From Nymphaea colorata (taxonomy: Eukaryota): a stretch of 64,000 bases of DNA. The notes beneath the pieces were generated by a model. It was not told the DNA's origin, ran no database searches, and worked only from the letters and a program-made list of their open reading frames with translations. A program made the position numbers and the translations under genes. Location of the stretch: positions 29,388,001-29,452,000 of the forward strand of contig NC_045138.2 in assembly GCF_008831285.2 (NCBI RefSeq), given 5' to 3'. Below are positions 1-12,700 of this stretch, piece after piece (position 1 is the first letter of the stretch; every line of letters begins with the position of its first letter).

Positions 1-904
1 CTCATGTAGGATGTGCTTAAAAATTGAAAAATAAATTTGAAAAATTAGAAAAATTATGCAGAAAAACCAAGATTTTCAAAATACTGAACTGCGAAATAAA
101 TAAGGAAATGGGATAAGTGCATAGGAAGTATCTAACTATCTGCAATAAGTAGATCAAGAATAAATACATAGATAGACAAAATCACAACTGACTTTGAAAG
201 CAAAACTATTAAAATTTGATAACTTGCAAAGAAAATTTACCCAGTTCATAATCTTCTGGAGATATGTGTAATGTTGGGTGTCCAAATAAAATGTTAGGAT
301 CAATTAGAGATAGTAAGTTAGATAAGCCCTGAATAATGGAGAAAAATATCTGCACAGCTTGTGCAATTGATCACTTTTGCTGTACAAGATGACTCAAAGT
401 TGTAGTCACTTGGCTTCTCATCCTCTAACTGTGGCATGGTATTCATCAGTTTTTTTTTTTTTCCCATTTCCTCCTAACTATCATAAGCATACTCATTAAG
501 CACCTTAGGCTCCTCCTTACGGATTCATTTTTAAATGCATGCACCCTGTGTAGTGTGTATGCTCATACATGCTAGTAATTGCCTTTTCTATAACTGTAAA
601 CTAAGGATAAAAGGCCCAAACAGTTAAATAAGTCAAAATTAGTCTTCTGCTCATGTCATGTAACATACAAGATGAATACAATACCGTTGCACTAAAAAAT
701 TTTCTTGTTCTTGTCTTCTTGTTGATGTAATATTTTAGGCTTCAATTTTTCTTGGTTAATTTTTATCTTGTTTCCTTATTACATGTAAATCTGGCTCTTA
801 TACTGCTTCTTGGTAACTGTTTTGCAACTTAGATGATGGTTTAACAGACTCTTTGCGTGGTTTGTCTATCTCGGAGGTAATTCTCGGTTCTCTTCCTTTA
901 GTAG

Positions 905-1190
905 TCAAAAGTGTGCTTAACTGTCCACCTTGTCGACTAGGCTGGGCCACCTAGGCGCCTAAGTTTTTTTTTTTTTTTAAAAAAAAAATTCTACATTTTC
1001 CTCTCCTATTTTCTTACACTCTCCTCTTTCATTGTTTTTCTTCTGCTTTTCCCCTTTTTCTTGTTGCTTTTCTTCTCATTCTCCCTCTTCTTCCTTGTTT
1101 TTTTTCCTTTCACGTACAGTTTTTGGCCCACCTAGATGCTGCCTAGGCTTTTTGGAGGGCCACCACCTAGGCCCTACATGTTTTTTAACA
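905..1190. mobile_element. Possible non-autonomous DNA transposon remnant in the MAPR4 intron
   Basis: Clusters of CCACCTAG/CCTAGGC motifs at both ends (930-962 and 1125-1175) around a pyrimidine-rich core; no TSD verified. Confidence 0.3.
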
Positions 1191-2615
1191 TCTTATTTAT
1201 TATCAAATTAATGCAGTCTGTTCTTGTCAAACTGATTGCTTTGCCTTATGGTTGATTTAGTGACAATTCTGATGGTCGAGATTACAGAGCCTAGTTGGCT
1301 TCTTGATTTTCTGTTTCATCTTTACTGACAAGCTCTATTCTTCTCTGTTTCCCTTGTAGATCAAAAGTGTAGTTGATTGGCGAGATTTTTACTTCAAAAG
1401 ATACAAGCGAGTGCCTTTACAGGTTGATATTTACATACCTATTAGAATTCCTATTAGGAATTGGTGACTTATTGTATATTTTGTAGTCAACTTGTCTTTT
1501 TGTGGTTTAGTTTTTTTGTGTGAACTGTAGAATGCACTCACATAGACTCTTAAGTATTTTGGACTGGAAAACAGCCCTTCTTTGAAGGCATATAAAAGTT
1601 GCTGAAACGTGTTATCTGGACATGCAATAAATAGAAATGCATGCTGTTGATCTGAATCATCAGATTATGTGAAGCAATATAACAATATTAATTTATTTAG
1701 AATACCGAAGTGGAAAACTGTTAGTTTACTGTGGGTAAATCTGGTTCATCTCCTATATAGACCTCCTTGGGGTCAATGATGAAAAGTGGAGACTGAATTG
1801 ACTCATTTGTTAGATTCTTTTTTCCATTTGCTGATCTAAAGTTGTTAATTTACTGGCTTAGTGGCACTTTTCATTTCATATTCTAGTATAAATTAGTTAT
1901 AGAGCTTTGTACACGTGTTTGTGTATGTTGCCTTTGTTATTAGTGTATTGCCGCCCACTCATATTGTGGTCAATGCATGCATTGTAGGACTTGGAACCTG
2001 AAGGTAGAAAAACAAACTTCATACATGTAATGTTTGCACTATGTGTCAACCTTCTATTCCTGAAAGTTTCAAATTTGTTTTCTTTGTCAACAAAATAACC
2101 TGACTATAACTTAGGCCATTGATCAATAAGTTGGAATCTCTATCTAGAGGTTTAGTACATCGGTAGGGTTTTTCTAGCAAATAGTTTGACCGGTAGATTT
2201 GATTCACAATCTTTGACCATTTTATTATGTGTTTTCCCTGTTTTAGGGTGTGAAATTATGTTTATGCTAGGAAAATGCATCTGCTGCAGTATTCTGTATA
2301 AAGTATTGCTTGGCATGTATTGGCTATGTTCCTTTTATTTGTACCAAGCATGACGTGATGTTTACCAAGTATGGCAAGTTTTTTCAGCTAAAGGCTAAGA
2401 GAGCCGATGGTCAAATTCATTGTTCTAATAGATATGTAGCTAAACTTATTGGCCGATACTACAACAATCAGGGAACCCCAACCAAACTGCTAAAAGAGAG
2501 TTGAAGCGAAGGCTGCTAGAGGTGCCCAACTTTTAGAAAAACAAAAGATTGAGGAAGCTAAGAGACCAAATTGCAATTCTAGATGGAGCCAGGAAGATGG
2601 AGGGCAGGTCATCAT

Positions 2616-2660
2616 TCTCTCTCTCTCTCTCTCCCCCCCACCCCCCAACACACACAACAC
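2616..2660. repeat. (TC)n / C-run / (CA)n microsatellite
   Basis: Read directly: tctctctctctctctctc, C runs, then acacacac. Confidence 0.9.
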
Positions 2661-3552
2661 GTGTTGCAATTAATAACTTGATCTCAGGGTGAGGGACACG
2701 TGGTTTCGTGTTCACATCAAAGGCCACTTTTTTGAGCCTGAATTACACAAGGCAAAAGTAATCACCGTCCATTGTCTACCATCAATTCTCATACTTCATT
2801 AAGACTTCGAGATGTCGATTGCGATTATCCTTTGTAGACAAGCACAACGGGACTGACTATGGTTCCTGTAGTCTGTTTCTGGTATATTGAAAATGATGAT
2901 ACAGTCAGGAATCCATCTGAGCCATTTTTCTCTTAAAGAATTTATTTCAAACCAAGGCTCGCTTTTATCCTTTCAAGTAGAAGCACGACTGGATACGAAG
3001 CAGGCCTTAAAAGCCCAAGCTCATCAATCATCTTGCCAGCTGGTACTGGGTGGTTTTGTCATGTCCTTTCCTGTGGTTTACCAAGATTTGGTGTGCGAAT
3101 GCGTTAAACCTGACACTAGTATTTCACATTCTCCTTGTGGAGGCGATATTGCAAAGTATACCTTTGAACTTGTTTGTGATGTGGATGTCTTTTGTTCAGG
3201 TTTCGTGTGATGATGGCTATCCAAGATTAGTTCAAAGGCCTGGAGATATAGCCTTACAGGAAAAATAAGTCTGAGGTATGAATGCTTCAAGGAAGATGAG
3301 CTTGACCAGCCAGGTTTGGAGGTTTATGCAGGATTCAAAGGTCTGTGTAGTATGAGAGTACCGAGTCTTGAGAGTTGCTGGACACTTTTTACGTGGAGTC
3401 ATCCTTCCATACTTGACATGTTCAACTAGTAGGACAGGGTCTAAAGTTGGTTAATTTGGCTTTGGAACCAAAGAAATTAACCTAACTAGCTAATGCAAAC
3501 TTCATTTAACTCGATGTGTTAAATAACTTCTTATTTGTGACATTTCTTTAAG

Positions 3553-3756
3553 GAGCTGCTATATGTTACAGATTTTTTTGATGTGATGGCCGATGGGGCT
3601 TACTTGGGGATAGTTACATCCCGTGATGTCTGTTGTACACTGGAGCATAATGAGATTGACTTGGAACCTTCTGAAGGAATGCCACTGTGTCATGGGTATT
3701 GTAAACTTTGGCATCGTATAACAGGTTTTGCTACAATTAGTGGAGGGACCAAGTTG
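3553..3756 (+). other. Candidate isolated exon of unknown gene (204 bp, phase 0/0, stop-free)
   Basis: tttctttaAG|GAG ... TTG|GTGAGT; translates ELLYVTDFFDVMADGAYLGIVTSRDVCCTLEHNEIDLEPSEG...GGTKL. GIVTSRDV is weakly reminiscent of a CBS-domain motif. Confidence 0.35.
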
Positions 3757-3909
3757 GTGAGTAGTCGATGGACCAATTTGCCTAACGCCTTTTCTATTTG
3801 CACAATTTGCGGAGAATCCCTAATTGCAGGAACAGTTATGGATTAAAAAAGAAAAGATGCACAATGTGAGATCAATACTCTCTTTCTCTCCTCTTTCACA
3901 CACAGACAT

Positions 3910-3995
3910 GCTAAGATAAGAATGTCTACCGCTTCCAACATGATTTACTTTGGCTAAGATAAGAATGTCTACCGCTTCCAACATGATTTACTTTG
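3910..3995. repeat. 43-bp tandem duplication
   Basis: gctaagataagaatgtctaccgcttccaacatgatttactttg present at 3910 and again at 3953. Confidence 0.95.
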
Positions 3996-5930
3996 AGCAG
4001 ACTTGCTACTTGTCACTAGGCCATTTTGAATTTGAACAAAATAAAAGGCCTACAGATTTGTACTGTGAGAACGTTGTAGTCTGAATCACCCGGACGACCT
4101 CGCAGGGCATATATTAAATCCCAAAAAATTGATCCTGGAGTATAGAAGCCAAACCAGGAAGTGCCATGCTTGAGCCAAACTGATTTGGAGACTGAAACTT
4201 TGAAACCAAGCATTTGGCATCTCCAGAATTGCCTTCTTTAGCTCTGCAAACTTCTGATTTCACTCACTGCCTCTGGATAGAAATCAGTTCTAACAACGAG
4301 AAATGTTTACATTGGCTACAAATGGGTATTCAGAATAGAGGGTCGAGGATAAAGACTCCTGCAATTTTGCTGTAATTTCTTGTTAGTTTCTGCATCTCTT
4401 TTGTCAACCCGGACGTGCAGACGCTGTTTATGTTACCATTGCTGTAGGCTGTAGTTAGCTTGGCACTTTGGTTTTGTGCAGCAAATGTTTTTGTATCATC
4501 TTCTGTACAGCTGGTTTTGGTAGTTGATTAATAAAATTACAGAGGAACTCTCCAGAAGGTTTGATGCGGAAGCATTTGATTTGGCATCTCCAGATTGGTT
4601 GAGTCTGATATAATCTGATTCAACTATCATGTACAGGTTATTTTAAGGTCATGCTTAGTTTGTTAATAATCACTTTCAACGGTTTGCATTTGGACCTAGA
4701 CTCCCAGCTTGACAGTCAGGCCTCCAGCATCTAAACATCTCACCAGTCTCTCTGGAACAGACCACTATACTACTTCTAAGGAGAACTAGGCAGACCGAGA
4801 CTTCTCCAAGCCAAGCATGGGTATAGCCACGCAGATTCCTGCTGATCGGACGATATTGTATACATCTCCACCTGACCTAGAACTTCAAGGGGCTAATTGT
4901 TATGGTAAAACATTCGTTTAATGGAGAAGCATAACTAGGCATTTCAGTGGTACTAAATGATGATACGCTGGAATGTTCAGGGTTAGAGGACTGTTCTACG
5001 AATAAGCAGGACTAGAAAGTAGTTACAGGCATCACAGGTGCCTTTTCAGTGACCGAAAATTTCCTTCTATCCAGAAAGCAGTTTCACAATGATGTGGAAG
5101 AAAGGAATATATTCAAAAGTAGGAACCTTTCTGCTTCGAATTCCACAAACTTTGTGAGTCTCGAACCAGAAAATCTTCACAAAAACTACCCACTTATATA
5201 GCATTCGATATGGTGGGAGAGCCACAATTAACAGAACAAGGAAAAAAGGAATTCTGAAGCTACAACGGCTCCATGAAGCTGTAAAATGTTCATCACCCTG
5301 ACACATGCTCGTCCAGCGCAGTGGCCAGCCCACGGGCGCCAACTTAATATATGCGCAGCAAAAGGTACAAAACGCTCAAGTTCAACAGGGCACCAACGAA
5401 ATAACCTGCCCGGTTCAGATTTCGCTTATGTCTATTACTTATTAATTTGTTAATATCAGCCATTTCGACCATTAGCAGCACATCAATGGATAAAGTACGC
5501 TGATACACTTTTATCATAAGAACAATCATTTGTTGATGCTCAGTATCTCGCATCATTTAGAATAAATGTGCTCTACTGCTCCGAAGATCATAAAATAAAG
5601 TGGCTCGCAGATATGGTGTTTCAAATAGGTAATATAGTCATAAATCCTCAATTAAGTCTCAAGTGGTAAGAGTAGAAGGAACAAGAAGCAACGAATAAAA
5701 GCGAGACCAATTACCATGACCATCTGCATCTCTAGAAAAAATGACAATTAAGTGATGAAACTTACGCAAATGCAGGCAGCAGAAAATTAGGGCATTTATC
5801 TGAGCCATTTTATATAAATGATGCCTTTGGATAATGCTATGAATATTAAAATGCCAAAGCTTCTGTTATATCTACGGTTCTACAGACAAGGGCAAGAATA
5901 ACCTGGGAAGAACTTTTCTTTCAGTTCTTT

Positions 5931-6013
5931 TTGTGTGGTAACACTTTTTGCCAGATTTCGAGGCTGATCAACATTTAGTCCTCCCAGAACCGTCAGATAG
6001 AGTAGGCCAGTAA
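5931..6013 (-). pseudogene. GFAT: Isolated last exon of glutamine:fructose-6-phosphate amidotransferase (GFAT/GlmS), degenerate
   Basis: Minus strand: ttgacAG|LLAY, then a frameshift, then YLTVLGGLNVDQPRNLAKSVTTQ. This is the GlmS/GFAT C-terminal signature (xVDxPRNLAKSVT). The stop codon is replaced by AAA, and no neighbouring GFAT exons were seen. Confidence 0.88.
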
Positions 6014-7339
6014 CTGTCAATAAGATCAAAGCCAAAAAAATGGACCACATGAGTATTTGACCTGCAGGCCAGCCAAAAGTACGATGTACAGCAACAGTAA
6101 TTCAGCCGCCTTCTCCCATTATTAAACTACTGCCTGGCTAGTTAAGCCATCTCTTTTCTTTTATTATTCCCAAATACCTGGTGCCCTATCTCTCGGCTAA
6201 ACTGTAACAATAAGAAGCACAGCCTGGAAAAGCAGACCTGCTGCACCTCCCTGATATGCTCAAAGTGACGTACATTTCATAATTGCCACATAAGTCTATT
6301 CATTGAGAGCAAGCAAATATAAAAACAGAAGCCAAGATCTATGGCTGTAGTAGCCTGTAGAAGGTGGTTTACTCAGACCTTTACAATGCCAGGGCACTTG
6401 ACCAGTCCTACAGATAAAAGGGTTGCAGTAAGGCCCACAAATGAACACAGTCCACTGAATCCACCTATTACATATGGGTTCAAACCTGTGGAAAATCATG
6501 TAAGATTCAAATAAATAAAACATGAATGAACACATGACGTCCTTATTATGTCTGTCAGGAACTACAGACAAAACCAAGATATCAAAAAGTCAAGAAGGTA
6601 AACACTAAGTATTTATTTAAAAGGAAAAAGGGTAAAAAAAAAAGGAACAAAAAAAAAGCTATGGGAAGTGCAGGCTTTATTGCAGCATCTATTTAGTTCC
6701 TTGAAATTGAAAATAAAAGACCGATTCAGGAAAAAATGGGTCACTTATTTGAGCTATAATTTACAACTTAATTTACATATGACAAGGACACCTTTATCAC
6801 AACATATTAAATATGAGCATCTTTTGTTTCAGTTAACATCCAAGCTTTGCTTTTTGCGCTTGTTTAGCACTTTAAGTAATTTTCACATCGTGTTGATTAT
6901 ATAGCAATTTTTCTGTTGTTTTATGCACTTTAACTAATCTTCACATTGTGTTGATTATATGGTAAGGGCACCTGATAAATAAAATAATTATTAAATGTGA
7001 ACATGTTTTACTTTGCTTAACTGTTAACACAAATACTATGTTCTTTGTGTTCTTTTATGCACTTCAAAGCAATCATCAAATTGTACTATGGTAAGGGCAG
7101 TTACCTAGATAATCAAAATGTTTTACTAAGAACTCCTTTTAAGCACCTCTCCCCTCATTTAGTGCACAAGCAGGCATAGCAATTGTCTTAATAGTATACT
7201 AAACATGGCACATTGGCACAGACAACATCGTGAGAATGCAAGAAAATAGTTATTAACTTGTTATTTCCTTGCCCTAGAAATGTCAAGCTTATAACCTATC
7301 TTTTCTTCAAAAATGTGTAGAGACCGTGTTTGCATGTAC

Positions 7340-7416
7340 CTTCTCAAACAGATATACACAATCTTCATTATCTTCAAACCAACCCTCATCCAGTCAATGC
7401 CATCTTGAGTATTGTC
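7340..7416 (-). pseudogene. Isolated motor-domain exon of a class VIII myosin, frameshifted
   Basis: ttgcAG|DNTQDGIDWMRV-(1-nt deletion)-FEDNEDCVYLFEK|GTac, compared with myosin VIII EYIQDGIDWTRVDFEDNQxCLxLFEK. Length is 77 bp instead of 78; the adjacent myosin exons were not found. Confidence 0.85.
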
Positions 7417-8818
7417 CTGCAACAACATAAAATGTTAAACAACTGACCAAAAAGCCCAAACATTTGCAAAAATTATTCAAAGTTGAAAAGTATAAGATCA
7501 CCACTATCTATTGAATATGTACCTGTCACTGAGACCTGCAGAAATGTACCATCGATGACCATGGAGACAGGATATTTGAGATTTCTCCACACGAACTCAA
7601 CTGAAGACTTGCACCCACAGGTTACTAGTAAAGGTAAAAATAGTTTATCTATAGTTAAAGGTGCTATTCCCAAACAACTCCTAGCAGAAACTAAGACATT
7701 TCCTTGATGTAAGCAATAGATTGCCACAATTTGCAGCAGATATGCCTACCCCTACTATGCTTTTCCTAGTGAAATCATAAGGCAATTCCACTACTCTCTT
7801 CACCACTTTCTTTTTTTTCTTGGTACACGCCTGATTGCTACAAGGAGGTAGCCATTGGTTGATGATCAGGGATCTGATCGCTGCTGATTGTTATGGAGCA
7901 GTGAGCAGACTTCTCTAGTTCGTGTTGTTGTTGTCAATGGTCATGGATCACAAATGGATAGCTGCAAAAAGATTTCTAAGCCATGGAAGATCTGAGGTCT
8001 TTCAAACACACTCCAAATTGGGTGGGTTGTTCCATAAGTCGTCTAGTGCAGCCCTCACATGTTGTTGACGATGTTAGTTCAGTTTTTTTCAGATCTGAAA
8101 TTTTCTTCATGAAATAGACGTCAGGTCTAGAGGATTTCTGTTAGTTGTTGCAGTTGACGTCTAATCTGAGTTCTTGTTTGCTGATTGTGGTGATCCTATC
8201 ATTGGATTTATGATACTGCTAGTTGTGTCACTTGGATATAATATTTAGATCATGGTGTTTATCTGCGTTAAAGACAGAGAACCAGATTTGATTTTATTTG
8301 GCCAGATCCTATTTGATCAATGATTGGATCTTCACAACTGATTATTGCTTAAAGTTTGTATGGATGTTAATTGTTGGAGTTACCTGATGGTTGTTGATTG
8401 TTGGAATTTCTTGGTCATGCATCCCTAGCTGCAGGATATTGTTTTGGCGACTAAAAATTTTTTTTAACTGCCATGGCTGAGGAAAAGGGTCAGAAGAGTC
8501 AGTCCACATTTGATCATGTGGCTGAGTATAAGGCATTTGCTAATCCTTTCTCTTAGGGGTCGTCTATCAAACTTGACAACAACAACAACAATGAAAGGTG
8601 GTCAAGAAGTCTTATGATGTCATTGATAGGGCATCGGAGAGAATATTTTTTCAAAATCTAAACCCAAGGAGAAGATTGAAAAGTATGCCACATGGCGAGA
8701 TAATAAAAGTATTGTCATGTATTGGACTATGAACAGTATTCAAACAAATCACAGTTACCCTAGTTTACCAAACTATAGCAAAACAAACGTGCGATTCATT
8801 GTGGGACACATACTCTTA

Positions 8819-8832
8819 GGGGGCGTTTGATG
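8819..8832 (+). repeat. Left TIR of PIF/Harbinger element
   Basis: GGGGGCGTTTGATG, preceded by TTA. Confidence 0.93.
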
Positions 8833-9476
8833 CGCCGGAAAAGAACTGTTCATCGAGAAAAATAATTCAAAAATTTGAAAATTTTCCGTCGTATCAAACA
8901 TGGAAATATATTTTCGACCGTTGAAGTCGAATTCCGGAAATTTTTTTCCAGAAAAAATTTCCGTCTGGAGAGACGGAAATTTTTTTCTGGAATTTTATTT
9001 TTGCCCGTTAGGGCACGCGAGCGCGTCTTCGCGTCTTCTTCTTTTCCTTCTTGCCGCAGCAGCTCCCTCTTCCTTCTCGTCGACGCACCCGCAGAAAACT
9101 CCCTCGCGTGCCTCCTCTCTACGAAACAAAACCCCATCTTCCCTCTTCTCAAAACCCCATCTTCCCTCTTCTCTTGGCCTGAACCTTTCCTTTCGATCTC
9201 CCTCTCGCAGTTTTAGGGCTCCAAGGACTCGAGGTAAGGCAGTCTTCTTCTTCCTTCCTCTCTCTTTCTTTTTCTCTTGCTGTGCTCGTCTTTTCCTTCG
9301 TTGGTTTGCTTGTTGGTTGGTTCTTCCTGCTGGTTCTGTAGGTATCTATTCTGTCATGTGTCTGTGTGTATGTTTTTTCTCCGCTTTTTGTTTGGGAATT
9401 TGGGGGTTGTGCACTAATAGCTTTTTGCTGTTGAAGAGATCTTAGCATCGATTTCTCCGTTTCCGTTTGTTATTAT

Positions 9477-9726
9477 TGTAGAGATACGAACAAGAAGAAG
9501 AGGAAGAGAAGCAATGATCACGATGTAACGTGGAAAACCCTCAACACGAGGGAGAAAAAACCACGAATGAGGAGTAGTTGGTGCCCACTAGCAGCCAGAC
9601 TCTCTCTCTCTTAAGATTATCATTAACACATAAGGATTAGGGTTACATGACTTAAGTAGAGCCCAAAAACGGGCTACAAGGCGGGTCGGGTATGGATCCG
9701 GACCCGAACCACACAATCTGTCAACA
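9477..9726 (-). repeat. 3' LTR (250 bp)
   Basis: Same sequence as 14554-14803. Confidence 0.96.
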
Positions 9727-12700
9727 CTCCCCCTCAAGTTGAGCATACATATCAAACATGCCCAACTTGGATACATTCCTCTCAAATGAAGCTGAAGGAA
9801 GAGCCTTCGTCAAAACATCAGCAGTTTGGTCTTCAGACTTCATGTAAGGTAAGATAAACTCTTTCGCATCAATTCTTTCCCGAATGAAGTGACGATCAAT
9901 TTCAACATGTTTTGTTCTGTCGTGAAGAACAGGATTGTTGGCTAAGTTGATTGCAGACTTGTTATCACAGTACATCTTCATAGGTCCTTCAATCTCTATT
10001 CCAATGTCAGTCAACAATATCAACTCTGACACTCCCATAGCAATTGCCCTATACTCTGCCTCTGCACTGGATCTAGAGCAAACATCCTGTCTCTTGCTCC
10101 TCCATACAACAAGGTTTCCTCCCAAGTAGACACAATACCCTGTAGTGGATCGTCTGGTATCACCACAACCTGCCCAATCCGCATCAGAGTAGCCCTCGAT
10201 TTCCACAGTCTCTTGTTTCACATACAGGAGTCCCTTGCCAGGATTTTTCTTCAGGTAGCATAACACTCTGTCCACAGCCTTCAGATGTGCATCGGTTGGC
10301 GCATGCATGAATTGGCTCAAAACATTCACCGCAAATGTGATATCAGGTCTCGTGAGGGTAAGATAAATTAGCTTCCCAACCAAACGTTGATATCTTCCCT
10401 TGTCTTCTTCACAGAGAGGCTCTCCATCTCTAAGACTCAACTTGTGCCCAGTGTCAAAAGGGGTAGGTGTAGGTCTACATCCCAATTTACCAGTTTCTTC
10501 CAGCAGATCTAAAGTATATTTCCTTTGGTTTAGTACAAGACCAGTACTAGACCTAGCAACCTCCATACCAAGAAAATACCTTAGCTTGCCAAGATCTTTG
10601 AGGTCGAATTCTGTAGCCAGTAACCCTTTTAGCTTGATAATCTCCTCCTCATCATCTCCAGTAACAATCATGTCATCTACGTAGACGAGCAGGATAGTAA
10701 CCCTGCTCTCCTTCTTCGTCACAAACAGAGTGTGATCTCCATTTCCTTGTTTGTATCCATGACGTAGCATTACTCTTCTCAGTCGTTCAAACCATGCTCT
10801 GGGCGATTGCTTAAGGCCATACAAGGCTTTTTTCAGCTTACAACATTTTTCTGGTTCTTCATATCCTGGAGGCATATGCATATATACTTCTTCTTCGAGG
10901 TCACCATTTAGGAATGCATTTTTAACATCCAATTGATACATCTTCCATTCCTTCATCACAGCAAGGGATATAACCACCCTCACAGTCTTCATTTTTGCAA
11001 CAGGAGCAAATGTTTCCAAGTAATCAATTCCATATTTCTGGCTAAACCCCTTGGCCACAAGTCGAGCTTTATATCTTTCAACACTCCCATCTGGTTTGTA
11101 CTTGATGGTATACACCCATTTGGATCCAACTAAGTGAGCGGCTTCAGGAATCTTCACCACTTCCCATGTCAAGTTTCTTCTTAGGGCATCTATTTCTTCT
11201 TTCATTGCATCAGCCCACTTGGAGTCACTTTGAGCTTCAGCGACAGTCCTGGGAATCACAGCCAAAGAAATAGTAGAAACAAAACACTTGTAATCTTTCC
11301 CAAGTCTGGAATAAGAAACAAAATTACCAATGGGGTGTTGAGTACATGACCTGACACCCTTTCTCAGGGCAATGGGAAGATCGTCATTCTTCTTTTCAAC
11401 CTCATCATGAGTCTCCACGGTAGGACTTGGTTCATCCAGGGAAGGAGTGGCATTGGGATTGGAAGTAGATCTAGCATCACAAGTCATCATCTCTGTCCGA
11501 GTACCTCGTCTAGAGTAGAACTGTCCAAACAACTGAGGGCCTTCCTTCTCAAGGCTATTGTCACACCTTTCCTCCTTCTCAGGCACATCAACATTATTAA
11601 GTGATTCTGCTTTCTTGTAGTCCAAAAAATCTATAAACTGAAGTTCCTGTCTCTGAGAATACTCTTCCCTGCCCACAGACTGCTCCCCCTGAAGAGGATT
11701 CGCACCAAAGTAAGAGGCATGTTCCAAGAAGGTAACATCTCTCGTAACATAGGCTCGACCAGTAATAGGATCAATACATTTGTATCCTTTTTGCGTAGGG
11801 GAGTATCCAACAAAGACACCTTTGATAGACCTAGGATCAAGTTTCTTGACATTTGGACTGTGATCATGGATAAAACATACACAACCAAAAACACGAGGAG
11901 GAAGAGGAAATGGTGGACGACTGCCAGGAAGCAACGAGTGGGGAGGCTTACCATTCAAAACACGACTTGGCATGCGGTTAATAAGATAGGCACTAGTAAG
12001 AACGGCATCACCCCAATAGTGTTTAGGAAGATTCCTTTGAAACAAAAGAGCCCTGGTGACATTAAGAAGTTGACGATTTTTCCTTTCAGCTACCCCATTT
12101 TGAGGGGGGGTATAACTACAGGATGTCTCGTGAACAATCCCCCGTTGTCTAAGAAACTCCTCAACAGGCTGACACATGTACTCACAGGCATTATCGGACC
12201 TGAAAGTTTTAACATTCGCACCATACTGGGTATGCACAAGAAGAATAAAGGTTTCGATGATGCGAGGAACCTCGCTGCGGTCTTTTAACAAGTATATAAA
12301 TGTAGCACGAGAGAAATCATCAATGAAAGTGATAAAATACTGGAAACCTTGACGGGTATGAATGCCCGAAGGTCCCCATACATCAGAGTGAATCAGGGAA
12401 AAAGCTTCATTAGCACAACTAGAAGAAAGAGGGTACGACGCCCTCACATGTTTGGCAAACTGACACACATCACAAGAAATGGAAGACACATCAAAGGAGG
12501 AACACAAGTCTGGAAACAAATGTTTCAAAATCCCAAAAGGTAAATGCCCAAAACGTTCATGCCAGTACATAAAAGACTGAAGACAATCTTCTCTTCTCTT
12601 ATCTGTCTTGCGGATCGCTGTCAACAGAGCAGTAGCCACACGTATGGGAAGACGATATAATCCATCAGAAGCTAAACCAATCCCAATCCTCTTCCCTGTC

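Larger units (their letters stand above)
833..3340 (+). pseudogene. MAPR4: Membrane-associated progesterone-binding protein 4 (neuferricin-like, cyt-b5 heme/steroid-binding) pseudogene, 3' exons; 5' exons not seen in window
   Basis: Exons 833-876 (DGLTDSLRGLSISE), 1360-1406 (IKSVVDWRDFYFKRY), 2432-2607 (YVAKLIGRYYNNQGTPTKLLK..VEAKAARGAQLLEKQKIEEAKRPNCNSRWSQEDGGQ) and 3200-~3340 (VSCDDGYPRLVQRPGDIAL..GKISLRYECFKEDELDQPGLEVY) follow plant MAPR4 as I recall it, with AG acceptors. A +1 frameshift near 2496 gives TGA at 2502-2504. A -1 frameshift lies near 3256. The donor at 1407 is GC. Confidence 0.9.

Noticed and set aside
5711..5735. Minus-strand RDADGHG resembling the subtilase catalytic-His motif
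   Set aside because: Only 7 residues, and the following THT/S residues are absent; likely chance.
5752..5803. Box C/D snoRNA-like GTGATGA...CTGA (and a similar minus-strand ATGATGC...CTGA at 5455-5557)
   Set aside because: Too short or imperfect box C, no terminal stem and no rRNA guide I could recognise; an Rfam/snoscan search would settle it.
8850..9448. Overlapping ORFs at the PIF left end
   Set aside because: Low-complexity subterminal repeats and a CT-rich leader; no domain.
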